Counted from the first letter of the stretch, positions 17,791 through 26,247 are shown. The stretch is 61,891 nt of DNA from Streptosporangiaceae bacterium (GCA_050012355.1 JBEKHI010000001.1:1-61891); one strand, 5' to 3'. Made by a program: numbers and translations. Notes: generated by a model from the letters alone, not told the origin.

Positions 17791-19886
17791 GCCCGGGCGG
17801 TCGGCCGGGGCTCGTTGACGCGACGGCGGGCGGGGCCGCGGCTGAAACCGTGCCGGGTGCTACCGCGCCCATCCGCCGTCCGCATGTTGTCGCGCTGAAC
17901 TTGATCAGGATGCTCATCATCGTGCTGGTGGTGGGCGTCCACACGCTGTCCGACGTCGGCGGGACGGTGACCCCGCTGCTCGGCGCGGTCACCACCGTTT
18001 TCCACACCAGCAGGGAACTGTTCTTCCTGCTCACGGCGTTCGTGCTCGTCTACAACTACGGGAAGCGCCCGAAGATCAAGTGGCCGTCGTTCTGGTGGCG
18101 GCGCTATAAGTTCGTCGTCCCGGCGTACGTCGCCTGGTCGGTCATCTATTTCCTCGCGGACGGCACCCGGTGGGACAACTGGCACGTCTTGCTGCATGAA
18201 CTGGAAACCGGCACCGCGCGCTACCACATGTACTTCCTGCTGGTCACCATGCAGGTCTACCTGCTATTTCCGGTGGTGCGCTGGCTGCTACGCGTGACGC
18301 AGCGCTATCACTGGGCGCTGTTCGGCGTGGTGTGCGCGTTCCAGGTCGTCTTTAGCTACGCGGTACACGAGGGGTGGAACGCGCCAGGGTTCATCGGCGC
18401 CTGGCTGCACGACCCGACGATGTGGGCGCCGAGCTACACGCTTTATGTGATCGGCGGGGCCCTCGTCGGCTGGCACTTCGAGGAAATCGCCGCGTTCACC
18501 CGGCGGCACATGCGGATGGCAGGCCTGGTGACGCTCGCCGGGCTGTGCGTCGGCATCGGCGTGTACTGCTTCGAGTGGCTGGTGGTCCACCAGACGCCTG
18601 CCGCGGCAAGCGCGGTGTTCCAGCCCATCGTGGTCATCGAGGCGCTGGCCTATGGCTGGGGGCTGCTGGCCCTCGGGCTGCACTGGTCAGACAAGGGCAC
18701 GCCGGGCCGGAAGCTGGCGGCCGCCGGAGCGGACTGCTCGTTCGGCATCTACCTCGCGCATCCGCTGCTGCTTCAGGGACTGGTGCTGGAGACCAGCCAC
18801 TACGGCGTGCTGTCCTGGATACGCAAGTCGCCGCCAGTGGTAGAGCTGCTCATCATGCTGCTAATCATCGTCCCGATCGTGTACCTCGGGGCGTGGGCGG
18901 TGACCTGGGTGCTGCGCAGGACGCCACTGAGCCTGCTGCTAACCGGGCGGTCCATGATCAAGCCCTGGCGCGGACGGCTATCAAGAATGCCGCGCGGGTC
19001 GAAACCGGTGCTCGCCGGGGCGGCACTGATGTGCGTAGCGATCCTCGGCGTCGGACTGTGGGCCGCGCGTGGCGCAAGCGGGACGACGTTCACCGCGACC
19101 CCGGCGGTCAAGATCAGCACGACGGTGCAGCAGTCAGGCTCGGTGAAGCTGGACAGAAGCGTCTACAAGATCAAGGTCGACGGGGTCACGCGGGAGTGGG
19201 TGCAGCTCACCCCGAGCACCGGAGTGAGCTCGTCAACGCCGATCATCATCGTGCTCCAGGGCGTGAACGCGACAACGAACTTGGAGATCAACCGCGACCA
19301 CCTGACCGGTTACGACGCCGAGTTGGTGTACCCGGTCCCGCTGTATGAGTCCTGGAACGCGGGCGGCTGCTGCGGCGAGTCGGCAACCAAGGATGTAAAC
19401 GACGTCGCGTTCATCGAGGCGCTGGTCGCCGCCGTCAACCCGGGGAACTCCCACGCGGTGACACTCGCCGGGTACAGCAACGGCGGACGGCTTACCTACC
19501 AGATCGCCTGCACCGATCCGACGCTGGTGGACAACTACGCGGTGGTCAAGGCCATGCCCGACGGATGCGTGGTCAGCAAGCGCATCACCATCCTGCAGAT
19601 CGACTCCACCGACGACACGAAGGTGCCGCTCAAACCCGGCGACAAGGGCTCGGAATCCCCGGCGGCGACAGTGGAGGTGTCCCGGCTGCGACAAGTCGAC
19701 GGGGCGACCGGCTCGGCCAAGGTGACAAACAAGGGCGCGCTGAACTTGTCGGTGTGGCAAGGCACCGACGGGAGCAAGGTGGAGTTCGCGGTGTACACCG
19801 GCGGCGGCCACAGCTTCCCGCAACCGACCGCGACTACCCCCTCAGCCGGCGCCCTGATCTACCAGCTCGCGTCTGGTTCCAGTTGA
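17787..19886 (+). CDS. membrane acyltransferase-3 domain fused to C-terminal alpha/beta esterase (PHB-depolymerase/LpqC-like)
   Basis: The N-terminal ~380 aa are polytopic and acyltransferase_3-like. The C-terminal part is extracytoplasmic with a GYSNGG nucleophile elbow. The GTGA start overlaps the ligase stop; the exact start is uncertain. Confidence 0.7.
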   Translation: MSPGGRPGLVDATAGGAAAETVPGATAPIRRPHVVALNLIRMLIIVLVVGVHTLSDVGGTVTPLLGAVTTVFHTSRELFFLLTAFVLVYNYGKRPKIKWPSFWWRRYKFVVPAYVAWSVIYFLADGTRWDNWHVLLHELETGTARYHMYFLLVTMQVYLLFPVVRWLLRVTQRYHWALFGVVCAFQVVFSYAVHEGWNAPGFIGAWLHDPTMWAPSYTLYVIGGALVGWHFEEIAAFTRRHMRMAGLVTLAGLCVGIGVYCFEWLVVHQTPAAASAVFQPIVVIEALAYGWGLLALGLHWSDKGTPGRKLAAAGADCSFGIYLAHPLLLQGLVLETSHYGVLSWIRKSPPVVELLIMLLIIVPIVYLGAWAVTWVLRRTPLSLLLTGRSMIKPWRGRLSRMPRGSKPVLAGAALMCVAILGVGLWAARGASGTTFTATPAVKISTTVQQSGSVKLDRSVYKIKVDGVTREWVQLTPSTGVSSSTPIIIVLQGVNATTNLEINRDHLTGYDAELVYPVPLYESWNAGGCCGESATKDVNDVAFIEALVAAVNPGNSHAVTLAGYSNGGRLTYQIACTDPTLVDNYAVVKAMPDGCVVSKRITILQIDSTDDTKVPLKPGDKGSESPAATVEVSRLRQVDGATGSAKVTNKGALNLSVWQGTDGSKVEFAVYTGGGHSFPQPTATTPSAGALIYQLASGSS

Positions 19887-20011
19887 CGCGGCGGGCCCAT
19901 AGAGCGGACCGCTCCATAGATTCGCCGCTTAGCGTGAAAACACAGGCGTTGCTGGCCGTTACGGCGCGCGTCAGGATCGGCACACCTTAGGTTCACGAAA
20001 TCTTGCCTCGG

Positions 20012-20034
20012 ATGAGGTAGCGTTTCATGAGGTA
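20012..20034 (+). promoter_or_regulatory. direct repeat ATGAGGTA-N7-ATGAGGTA immediately upstream of the islet's first gene (candidate operator)
   Basis: The copies are at 20012-20019 and 20027-20034. The second abuts the AAGGGGG ribosome-binding site of the GTG at 20046. Confidence 0.25.
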
Positions 20035-20045
20035 AGGGGGTTGCC

Positions 20046-20669
20046 GTGAGCGCACAGGTATTCATCCAGGAACGGGCCGCCGACCGGCTCGCCGAGCTGG
20101 ATCTGGCTGTGGAAATCTTGGAGCGCGTCATCCGGCGTGCCGACGCGGAAGCACAGATGTGCACGGCGTTCGACCCGCCGTTGCTCGAAGGACTGACCCG
20201 GTGGGGACGTGCGACGCGTTACCTGCGTGAAGAACTTGTCCCGCTTGGGTGGACCTACGACAACCCGCGCAACTTCGCCCGCACGATCCATCCTGATGGC
20301 GAGTTCGCGATCGTCGTTACGACTGGCGATGGCATGACTGGCCTGCCAGGCATGGTCCCCGGGACGAAGAACCCGAAGGGCCTAGCGACCATGCTCGCCG
20401 TGGACGCCAACGCGCAGCTGACGTTTGACTTCGGTCCGCAGTTCCTCCCGGCTGGTATGGACAAGGTCACCTGGTTCCTGCTGTTCTACGCCGATGGATT
20501 CGAGTACCGGGCGGAGCTCTCGCTGCCGGGTGGCTATTCAGACGGGATGATCACGCACTGGGACGAGCGGATCATCCTCCCGCCGTTCCAGCGCTACGAC
20601 CGACCAGCCGTTCCCTCCGATACGGAACCGCATCCGGATGTCGTTTTCGAGGTCGCGCCACGATCATGA
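20046..20669 (+). CDS. hypothetical protein (toxin position of a RosmerTA-like pair)
   Basis: 207 aa. GTG follows AAGGGGG. No family recognised. The stop overlaps the next start (ATGA at 20666-20669). Confidence 0.6.
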   Translation: MSAQVFIQERAADRLAELDLAVEILERVIRRADAEAQMCTAFDPPLLEGLTRWGRATRYLREELVPLGWTYDNPRNFARTIHPDGEFAIVVTTGDGMTGLPGMVPGTKNPKGLATMLAVDANAQLTFDFGPQFLPAGMDKVTWFLLFYADGFEYRAELSLPGGYSDGMITHWDERIILPPFQRYDRPAVPSDTEPHPDVVFEVAPRS

Positions 20670-21697
20670 TGACGCCGTCGCGGCTGACCCTGGCGCGGAA
20701 ACGGAGTGGCCTGACGCTCGCCAGGCTTGGCGAACTCGCGGAGCTGTCGGCCCGCAGCGTGTCCCTGTACGAGAACGGGCACAGCAGACCGTCCCCCGCC
20801 ACGCTTGCTCGGCTCGCCGAGGTGCTTGATGTACCGGAGAGCTTTCTCACCGGTGCCGACGTCGAGGACATCCCGGTTGGGGCGGTGAGTTTCCGCGCGG
20901 TCAGCAAGATGACAGCGCAGCAGCGCGATCAAGCGTTGTCCGCTGGCCGGGTAGCGCTGCTCATCGACGAATGGTTCGAGTCGCGCTTCATACTGCCCGA
21001 GCCGGACGTCCCGTCGCTGACCGGCTACGACCCGGAATCCGCGGCCGAGGTGGTCCGTGCCCGCTGGGGTATGGGTACCCGCCCGGTGCCGAACACGCTG
21101 CACCTCGCGGAGGCACACGGAACACGGATCTACTCGCTGACCCCGGAGAACGTCGCGCTCGACGCGTTCTCGCTGTACTGGGAGGGGCGGCCGTTCGTGT
21201 TCCTGTCGACCGGCAAGTCCGGCGAACGCGGTCGGTTCGACGTCGCGCACGAGCTTGGCCACCTGGTCCTGCACGGCGAGCACCAGCCGCTGCACCGGCC
21301 CGACGCGGAGGTCGAGGCGAACCGGTTCGCCGCGGCGTTCTTGATGCCGCGATCCAGCGTGCTCTCGGCCGGGCTACGCCACGCTGACGTCGACACGATC
21401 CTCGCGGCGAAGGCCACCTGGAAAGTATCCGCGCTCGCGCTCACTCACCGGCTCGCCGAGCTCGACCTGCTCACCGAATGGGGTTACCGCACCGCCTGCG
21501 TGAACCTGGCAAGGCTCGGCTACAAATCCGCTGAGCCGGGCGGTATCCCTCGTGAGTCCTCTCAGTTGCTGGCCAAGGTGTTCAAGGCGCTGCGCGATGG
21601 CGGCGAGACGCTTTCCTCGGTCGCCGCTGCCATAGGCATCAGCGCCGACGAACTGCGCGCCCACGTCTTCGGCCTCACCCTGATGTCCGTCGCCTAG
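20666..21697 (+). CDS. XRE-family HTH fused to ImmA/IrrE (M78, COG2856) zinc metallopeptidase
   Basis: N-terminal HTH (LTLARKRSGLTLARLGELAELSARSVSLYENGHSRPS) and a HEXXH motif (DVAHELGHLVLH) followed by EVEANRFAAAFLMP. Confidence 0.85.
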   Translation: MMTPSRLTLARKRSGLTLARLGELAELSARSVSLYENGHSRPSPATLARLAEVLDVPESFLTGADVEDIPVGAVSFRAVSKMTAQQRDQALSAGRVALLIDEWFESRFILPEPDVPSLTGYDPESAAEVVRARWGMGTRPVPNTLHLAEAHGTRIYSLTPENVALDAFSLYWEGRPFVFLSTGKSGERGRFDVAHELGHLVLHGEHQPLHRPDAEVEANRFAAAFLMPRSSVLSAGLRHADVDTILAAKATWKVSALALTHRLAELDLLTEWGYRTACVNLARLGYKSAEPGGIPRESSQLLAKVFKALRDGGETLSSVAAAIGISADELRAHVFGLTLMSVA

Positions 21698-21928
21698 CCC
21701 TCGGTCTGGTGCTGGCCCCCGTCTGAGCCGCCGTGCCAGATGCTGACCGAGCACTTCTCCCGGCTTAGCGCACTTTTCGTGACTGGTTTGCCCTCATTTA
21801 GGCCCCCGGTTAGGTACACGAACCCGGGATAAGTGGGCGCGGAAATGGGTGAGATGGCGCTTAAGAACGCCGAGTGGTTACTCTTATACGTAACGTAGTT
21901 GGCAACGTGGCGTGAGCGGGGATCACGG

Positions 21929-23014
21929 ATGCCGGTCGAGGGCTTGGAAGAGTATGACAGTCCCGAGGTTCTCGACGCGCGACTTGACCACCAGCAGGTC
22001 ATCGACCGGCGCTCCTCGGACACTGATCGGCGGGCTGAGAACCGTGAGGTCGACTCTGCGGATACCCCAGAGAAGGATCCCGACGGTGGCTGGCGCTGGA
22101 AGAGCCTTGAGCTCTCACCCCAGGCCAACCGAGTTGCCGAAGCGGGACTCGCCCTACGCCGCCAGGCCGAAGGACGCGATGCCGATGGCAACTACACGGA
22201 CCGTGGCATCACCCCCGCGATGCGGCGCATCGAAGGAGACCTCGAACAAGGAAGCTTGGTCCCCGATACCGAGAAGTTCGCTCTCAAGTCCCCCGATCGC
22301 TTCAAAGAAAAGCTCGCGAAGATGGTGACGTTGGAGCCGGATGCATCAGTGGAGGAACTGGCCAGCAAAGTCCATGACGGCATCCGTTACACGTTCATAT
22401 TCGAGACGGCACGTTATGTGGAGGGTGTAGAGCGTGCGTGTGAGCTACTCGAAGGTAACGACTGTCAGCTTGTGGCATTCAAGCCAAGCTGGGATAGGGA
22501 AGAGTACAAGGGTGTGAACAGTCAGTGGCGCGATCGTGCAAGCGGAATTCTCTTTGAAGTGCAGTTTCACACCCCTGAGAGCTGGGTTGCCAAGCAGGCT
22601 ACTCACGACGCATACGAGATGATCGAGTCGCCGCTAACTACGACTGAGGAAAGGGTCCGTTTGCGTACATATCAGCGCGAAGTGTGCGAATCGGTTCCAG
22701 TTCCTCAGGGTGCCTTGGAACTCGAACCGTTCAGAGAGGAGCGAAAGTTAGCGATGTCAGATGCTGTGAATTACTACGCGGTAGTCGGGTTGGGGCGTAC
22801 GGCGGACAATCCTTCAGGGCTTGTCCGTCGTAGGCAAACGGCGGATGGTCCAGTGGATGAGTCCGTAAGCCGTGACCTGACGTGGGTATTCACCGATGCC
22901 ATTTACCAGTGGGAGCGGGGCGAGAACTTCGGTCCGGAACTCGTCGAGATTAGTGCGGGGGAGGCGGATGAGTTGATCGCTCGGTTCCGGGAGCGGTGGA
23001 GTCACGACGGTTGA
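21929..23014 (+). CDS. RelA/SpoT-homologue (small alarmone synthetase / toxSAS-like) fold protein with extra C-terminal domain
   Basis: Five ordered motifs sit at RSH-like spacing: LKSPDRFKEKL, HDGIRY, YKGVN, FEVQFHT, HDAYE. About 85 extra residues follow at the C-terminus. Third codon positions are visibly AT-richer than in neighbours. The start could be TTG 21899 or ATG 21929. Confidence 0.65.
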   Translation: MPVEGLEEYDSPEVLDARLDHQQVIDRRSSDTDRRAENREVDSADTPEKDPDGGWRWKSLELSPQANRVAEAGLALRRQAEGRDADGNYTDRGITPAMRRIEGDLEQGSLVPDTEKFALKSPDRFKEKLAKMVTLEPDASVEELASKVHDGIRYTFIFETARYVEGVERACELLEGNDCQLVAFKPSWDREEYKGVNSQWRDRASGILFEVQFHTPESWVAKQATHDAYEMIESPLTTTEERVRLRTYQREVCESVPVPQGALELEPFREERKLAMSDAVNYYAVVGLGRTADNPSGLVRRRQTADGPVDESVSRDLTWVFTDAIYQWERGENFGPELVEISAGEADELIARFRERWSHDG

Positions 23015-26000
23015 GCGAAGTGTGGCGGCGACTGGAGGGTGTGGACGCGTACCGGATCACTGAGATCCCGCGTCATGCCGCTCTCACATCTCCCACCGAT
23101 GATTCACGTGAATCATGGGGAGGAACCGACACCAACGATCATGGATGGGGGCAGCGCGTCGCCGCGCTCGCCGCTGCTTACCACGCTGGGGTGGCCGCTG
23201 GGGATGGCGTGATCGGGTTCGGCTGGATACGGCCTCAGCCGGCTGGTCCGGTGAACGTCGTGGCGGCCGGGAGGGCGCTCGCGGGATCCACGATCAACAG
23301 CGGCGAGATCATGCTCGCCCTTCCTGGCGGAGCGCGGGGACGTCCGCTGGCCGACCTTACCGAACTACTCGCGAGCCTGCCCGCCTGGCGGGAGATCGCC
23401 GGGATCAGCGACGGGCTACTGAACGAGGAGCCCCGCAGGACGCGGCTCGCCACCAGCTTGGATGACGTACTGCTTGGGAGCTGGGTCGCGCCGTTCGGGT
23501 GGATGGTGATCGCCGAGCCGGTACCACCACCGGAGCTGCGAGCGCTGGCCGACGATACAGCGGCCAGGCTGCATCTGACTGAGAGCACCGCCGACCGGTT
23601 CCCCGGGCGCGCGTTGGACGCGCGGCGGCTCAAGCACCGGCTGGTCGAGCTGCGGCGCGCGTTTTCCACAGGGCTGTGGAAAGTGCGACTTCTGGCCGGC
23701 GGGACGGACGAGGCGGCCGCGGCACGGGTGGCGGGGCTGTTTTGCGCCTCGGTGGATCTGGGGGATCTGCCGTATGCGATCGCGCCCGCGTCTCCCGTTC
23801 CCGCTGGAACGTCGGACGCGGCCCGAGACGGCGCGGCGCCGGAACCGACCGCACCATTCTGTGCCGCCACCGAGTTCGTCGCGGCGGTCGCGGCGCCGCC
23901 TCGCGCTGAGATACCGGGTATCCGGCTCGTTCTGCGGCCCGAATTCGACACGACGCCAGAAGCGTCCACAGCCGGGATCCTGCTCGGTGAGATCCGGGAT
24001 CGGAACATGATGCCCGCGGGGGTCTTCCGTATCGGGCACGACTCGCTGAACCGCCATGTCTTCGTGACCGGGGCGACCGGCGCGGGTAAGTCGCAGACGA
24101 TCCGCGGCCTGCTTGAGCGATCCGCTGTCCCGTGGCTGGTGATCGAGCCCGCCAAGGCCGAGTATCGCTACCTGGCGAACCGCCTGGAGCAAGACGTTAT
24201 CCGCATCCGTCCCGGCGAGCCCGACGCTATCCCCGCTGGCCTCAACCCGCTCGAGCCCGCCCCCGGCTTCCCGCTCCAGACCCACGCCGATTTCACCAGA
24301 GCGCTGTTCGTGGCCGCCTTCCGTTCAGAGGAGCCTTTTCCACAGGTACTGTCGGCCGCGCTCACCCGCGCTTACACCCAGGCGGGATGGGACTTGGCGC
24401 TGGGCGAGCCCGCCAGCGACGGAGCACGCTACCCCACACTGGCCGACCTGCAACGAGCGGCTGAGCTCGTCGTGGCGGAGATCGGTTACAGCCAGCGGGT
24501 CACCGACGACGTACTCGGCTTCATGAAGGTCCGCCTGGCCAGCCTCCGGCACGGGACGACGGGGCGGTTTCTCGCGGGCGGGCACCCGATCGACTTCGAG
24601 AAGCTGTTGACAAGCAACGTCGTGCTGGAGATCGAGGACGTCGGAGACGATCGCGATAAAGCCTTTCTGATGGGGACCGTGCTGATCAGGCTGGCCGAGC
24701 ACCTGCGGGTACGAGGCCAGCAGGACGGCCTGCGGCACCTGACGATCGTCGAGGAGGCGCATCGGCTGCTGCGCAAGTCCCGTGACGACGGCGCCGCCGC
24801 GCACGCGGTGGAGATGTTCGCGAGCCTGCTGTCGGAACTGCGCGCCTATGGTGAAGGGCTGATCATCGCCGATCAGATCCCGGCCCGGCTGGTACCCGAT
24901 GTCATCAAGAACACCGCGGTGAAGATCGCGCACCGGCTGCCCGCCTCGGACGACCGCGACGCGGTGGGCGCCACCATGAACCTCAGCGCCGCGCAATCAC
25001 GGTATCTCGTCACCTTGGCGCCGGGGGAGGCCGCTGTGTTCACGGATGGGATGGACAACCCGCTGCTGGTGAAAATGCAAGATCACGCAGAACGAGAGCG
25101 GGCGCGTCCCCCGGTCACCGCGTCGGCCGCCGCGATAGTCAGCCGCCGTGGTCCCGTTTGCGGCGCGGACTGCGTGGCACGTCCGTGCACGCTCCGCGAC
25201 ATGAGTAACGCCGGGCGCGGGCTGGAAACAAGACCGGCCGTCCGGTTGTGGACAGAACTAACGGTGCTGGCCCACCTGGCGGGCTGGCCGATGCCGGTTC
25301 CGCGGATGGCGATCTTGGAGGATCTTCGCGCGCTGCCGCCCCGGTTGCGGGACTGCCTGATCTCGCACGCGGTGGATGAGGCGATCAGCTCGCGGGCCGG
25401 GATTCCGGATGCGACGGGGCTAGTCGTGCACGTTGGCACCGCGATCAGATGCCGGGTCACCCGGGACATGTGGCTCTGCCAGGCCGACGAACCAAGGTGG
25501 CACCGAGAAGCTGTGGATAACGTCGCGTCGTTTGGCATAGCTAAGCCGTCGGTGGTGGAGCGGACCGTCGGCGCGCTACGGACGGACGCGACGTACGGCC
25601 AGCGGCTGGCCGACGCGCTTGAGGACTTCGCCGACTGCCGCTGGCCGCTGGATTACCTGTCGTTACGACGACTTACTGAAGTGGATCCGGCCATCCTTGA
25701 TGGCGGTTGTGTCCTGGACGCGCGTGGCGGTTACCTTCGAGCCGCTGACCTGCGCCTCCACCATGACGCTATCGCCGGACTTGACCGACCCGATGCCTGC
25801 CGTTTTCGTGTCGACGGTGATGGAACTGCTCACCGCGTAGGTCGCGGTGTAGCCATCGGCGCTCTTGATCGTCAGCGAGGAGGAGCTGACCGCCGTGACG
25901 GTGCCCTGCTGCACATCGACAGTCTCGTAGGTGCCATTCTTCTCACGGATGGTCACCTGGCCATGCACCACCCCGCCGAGGCCGAACCCGCCCCCGAAGC

Positions 26001-26070
26001 CGTGACCGCGGGAGTGTCGGCCGTGGTGCTTGCCAGTCGGGGCGGAAGCCGATGCGCTGGGAGTAGCTGA
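22996..26070 (+). CDS. HerA/FtsK-superfamily (DUF87-like) ATPase with large N- and C-terminal extensions
   Basis: Walker A HVFVTGATGAGKSQT (about 24070-24093), LVIEPAKAEY, Walker B LTIVEEAHRLL (about 24745-24762) and GEGLIIADQIPARL...NTAVKIAHRL. The GTG start overlaps the previous gene by 19 nt. The last ~135 codons run antisense through the convergent gene, so the true C-terminus is uncertain. Confidence 0.75.
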   Translation: MESRRLSEVWRRLEGVDAYRITEIPRHAALTSPTDDSRESWGGTDTNDHGWGQRVAALAAAYHAGVAAGDGVIGFGWIRPQPAGPVNVVAAGRALAGSTINSGEIMLALPGGARGRPLADLTELLASLPAWREIAGISDGLLNEEPRRTRLATSLDDVLLGSWVAPFGWMVIAEPVPPPELRALADDTAARLHLTESTADRFPGRALDARRLKHRLVELRRAFSTGLWKVRLLAGGTDEAAAARVAGLFCASVDLGDLPYAIAPASPVPAGTSDAARDGAAPEPTAPFCAATEFVAAVAAPPRAEIPGIRLVLRPEFDTTPEASTAGILLGEIRDRNMMPAGVFRIGHDSLNRHVFVTGATGAGKSQTIRGLLERSAVPWLVIEPAKAEYRYLANRLEQDVIRIRPGEPDAIPAGLNPLEPAPGFPLQTHADFTRALFVAAFRSEEPFPQVLSAALTRAYTQAGWDLALGEPASDGARYPTLADLQRAAELVVAEIGYSQRVTDDVLGFMKVRLASLRHGTTGRFLAGGHPIDFEKLLTSNVVLEIEDVGDDRDKAFLMGTVLIRLAEHLRVRGQQDGLRHLTIVEEAHRLLRKSRDDGAAAHAVEMFASLLSELRAYGEGLIIADQIPARLVPDVIKNTAVKIAHRLPASDDRDAVGATMNLSAAQSRYLVTLAPGEAAVFTDGMDNPLLVKMQDHAERERARPPVTASAAAIVSRRGPVCGADCVARPCTLRDMSNAGRGLETRPAVRLWTELTVLAHLAGWPMPVPRMAILEDLRALPPRLRDCLISHAVDEAISSRAGIPDATGLVVHVGTAIRCRVTRDMWLCQADEPRWHREAVDNVASFGIAKPSVVERTVGALRTDATYGQRLADALEDFADCRWPLDYLSLRRLTEVDPAILDGGCVLDARGGYLRAADLRLHHDAIAGLDRPDACRFRVDGDGTAHRVGRGVAIGALDRQRGGADRRDGALLHIDSLVGAILLTDGHLAMHHPAEAEPAPEAVTAGVSAVVLASRGGSRCAGSS

Positions 26071-26247
26071 GGCGGACAACGACGATGTCGTGGTCGCTGC
26101 TGGCGCTGGGTGGTTCGTGGCCGCAAAGGCGACTCCGGTACCGGCGACTACCGCGACGAGCGCGACGCCACCTACCACCATGGGTCGGGTGCGGCGGTGG
26201 CCGCGGCGACCGGAAAGCTCGATCTGATCGGTTTCCTGTTCATCCAT
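25663..26247 (-). CDS. membrane-anchored secreted protein, unknown function
   Basis: An N-terminal TM segment (MVVGGVALVAVVAGTGVAFA), a Ser/Thr/Ala linker, a His/Gly-rich stretch and then a beta-rich domain (VTIREKNGTYETVDVQQGTVTAVSSSSLTIKSADGYTATY). The start could be ATG 26247 or TTG 26268. Confidence 0.65.
   Translation of the reverse strand: MDEQETDQIELSGRRGHRRTRPMVVGGVALVAVVAGTGVAFAATNHPAPAATTTSSLSASATPSASASAPTGKHHGRHSRGHGFGGGFGLGGVVHGQVTIREKNGTYETVDVQQGTVTAVSSSSLTIKSADGYTATYAVSSSITVDTKTAGIGSVKSGDSVMVEAQVSGSKVTATRVQDTTAIKDGRIHFSKSS

Noticed and set aside
19887-26070. The islet as a prophage or integrative conjugative element.
   Set aside because: There is no integrase, recombinase, transposase, capsid, tail, relaxase or attachment repeat at its borders. 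The FtsK/HerA-like ATPase lacks the neighbouring genes expected of actinomycete conjugation (TraB-type) loci.
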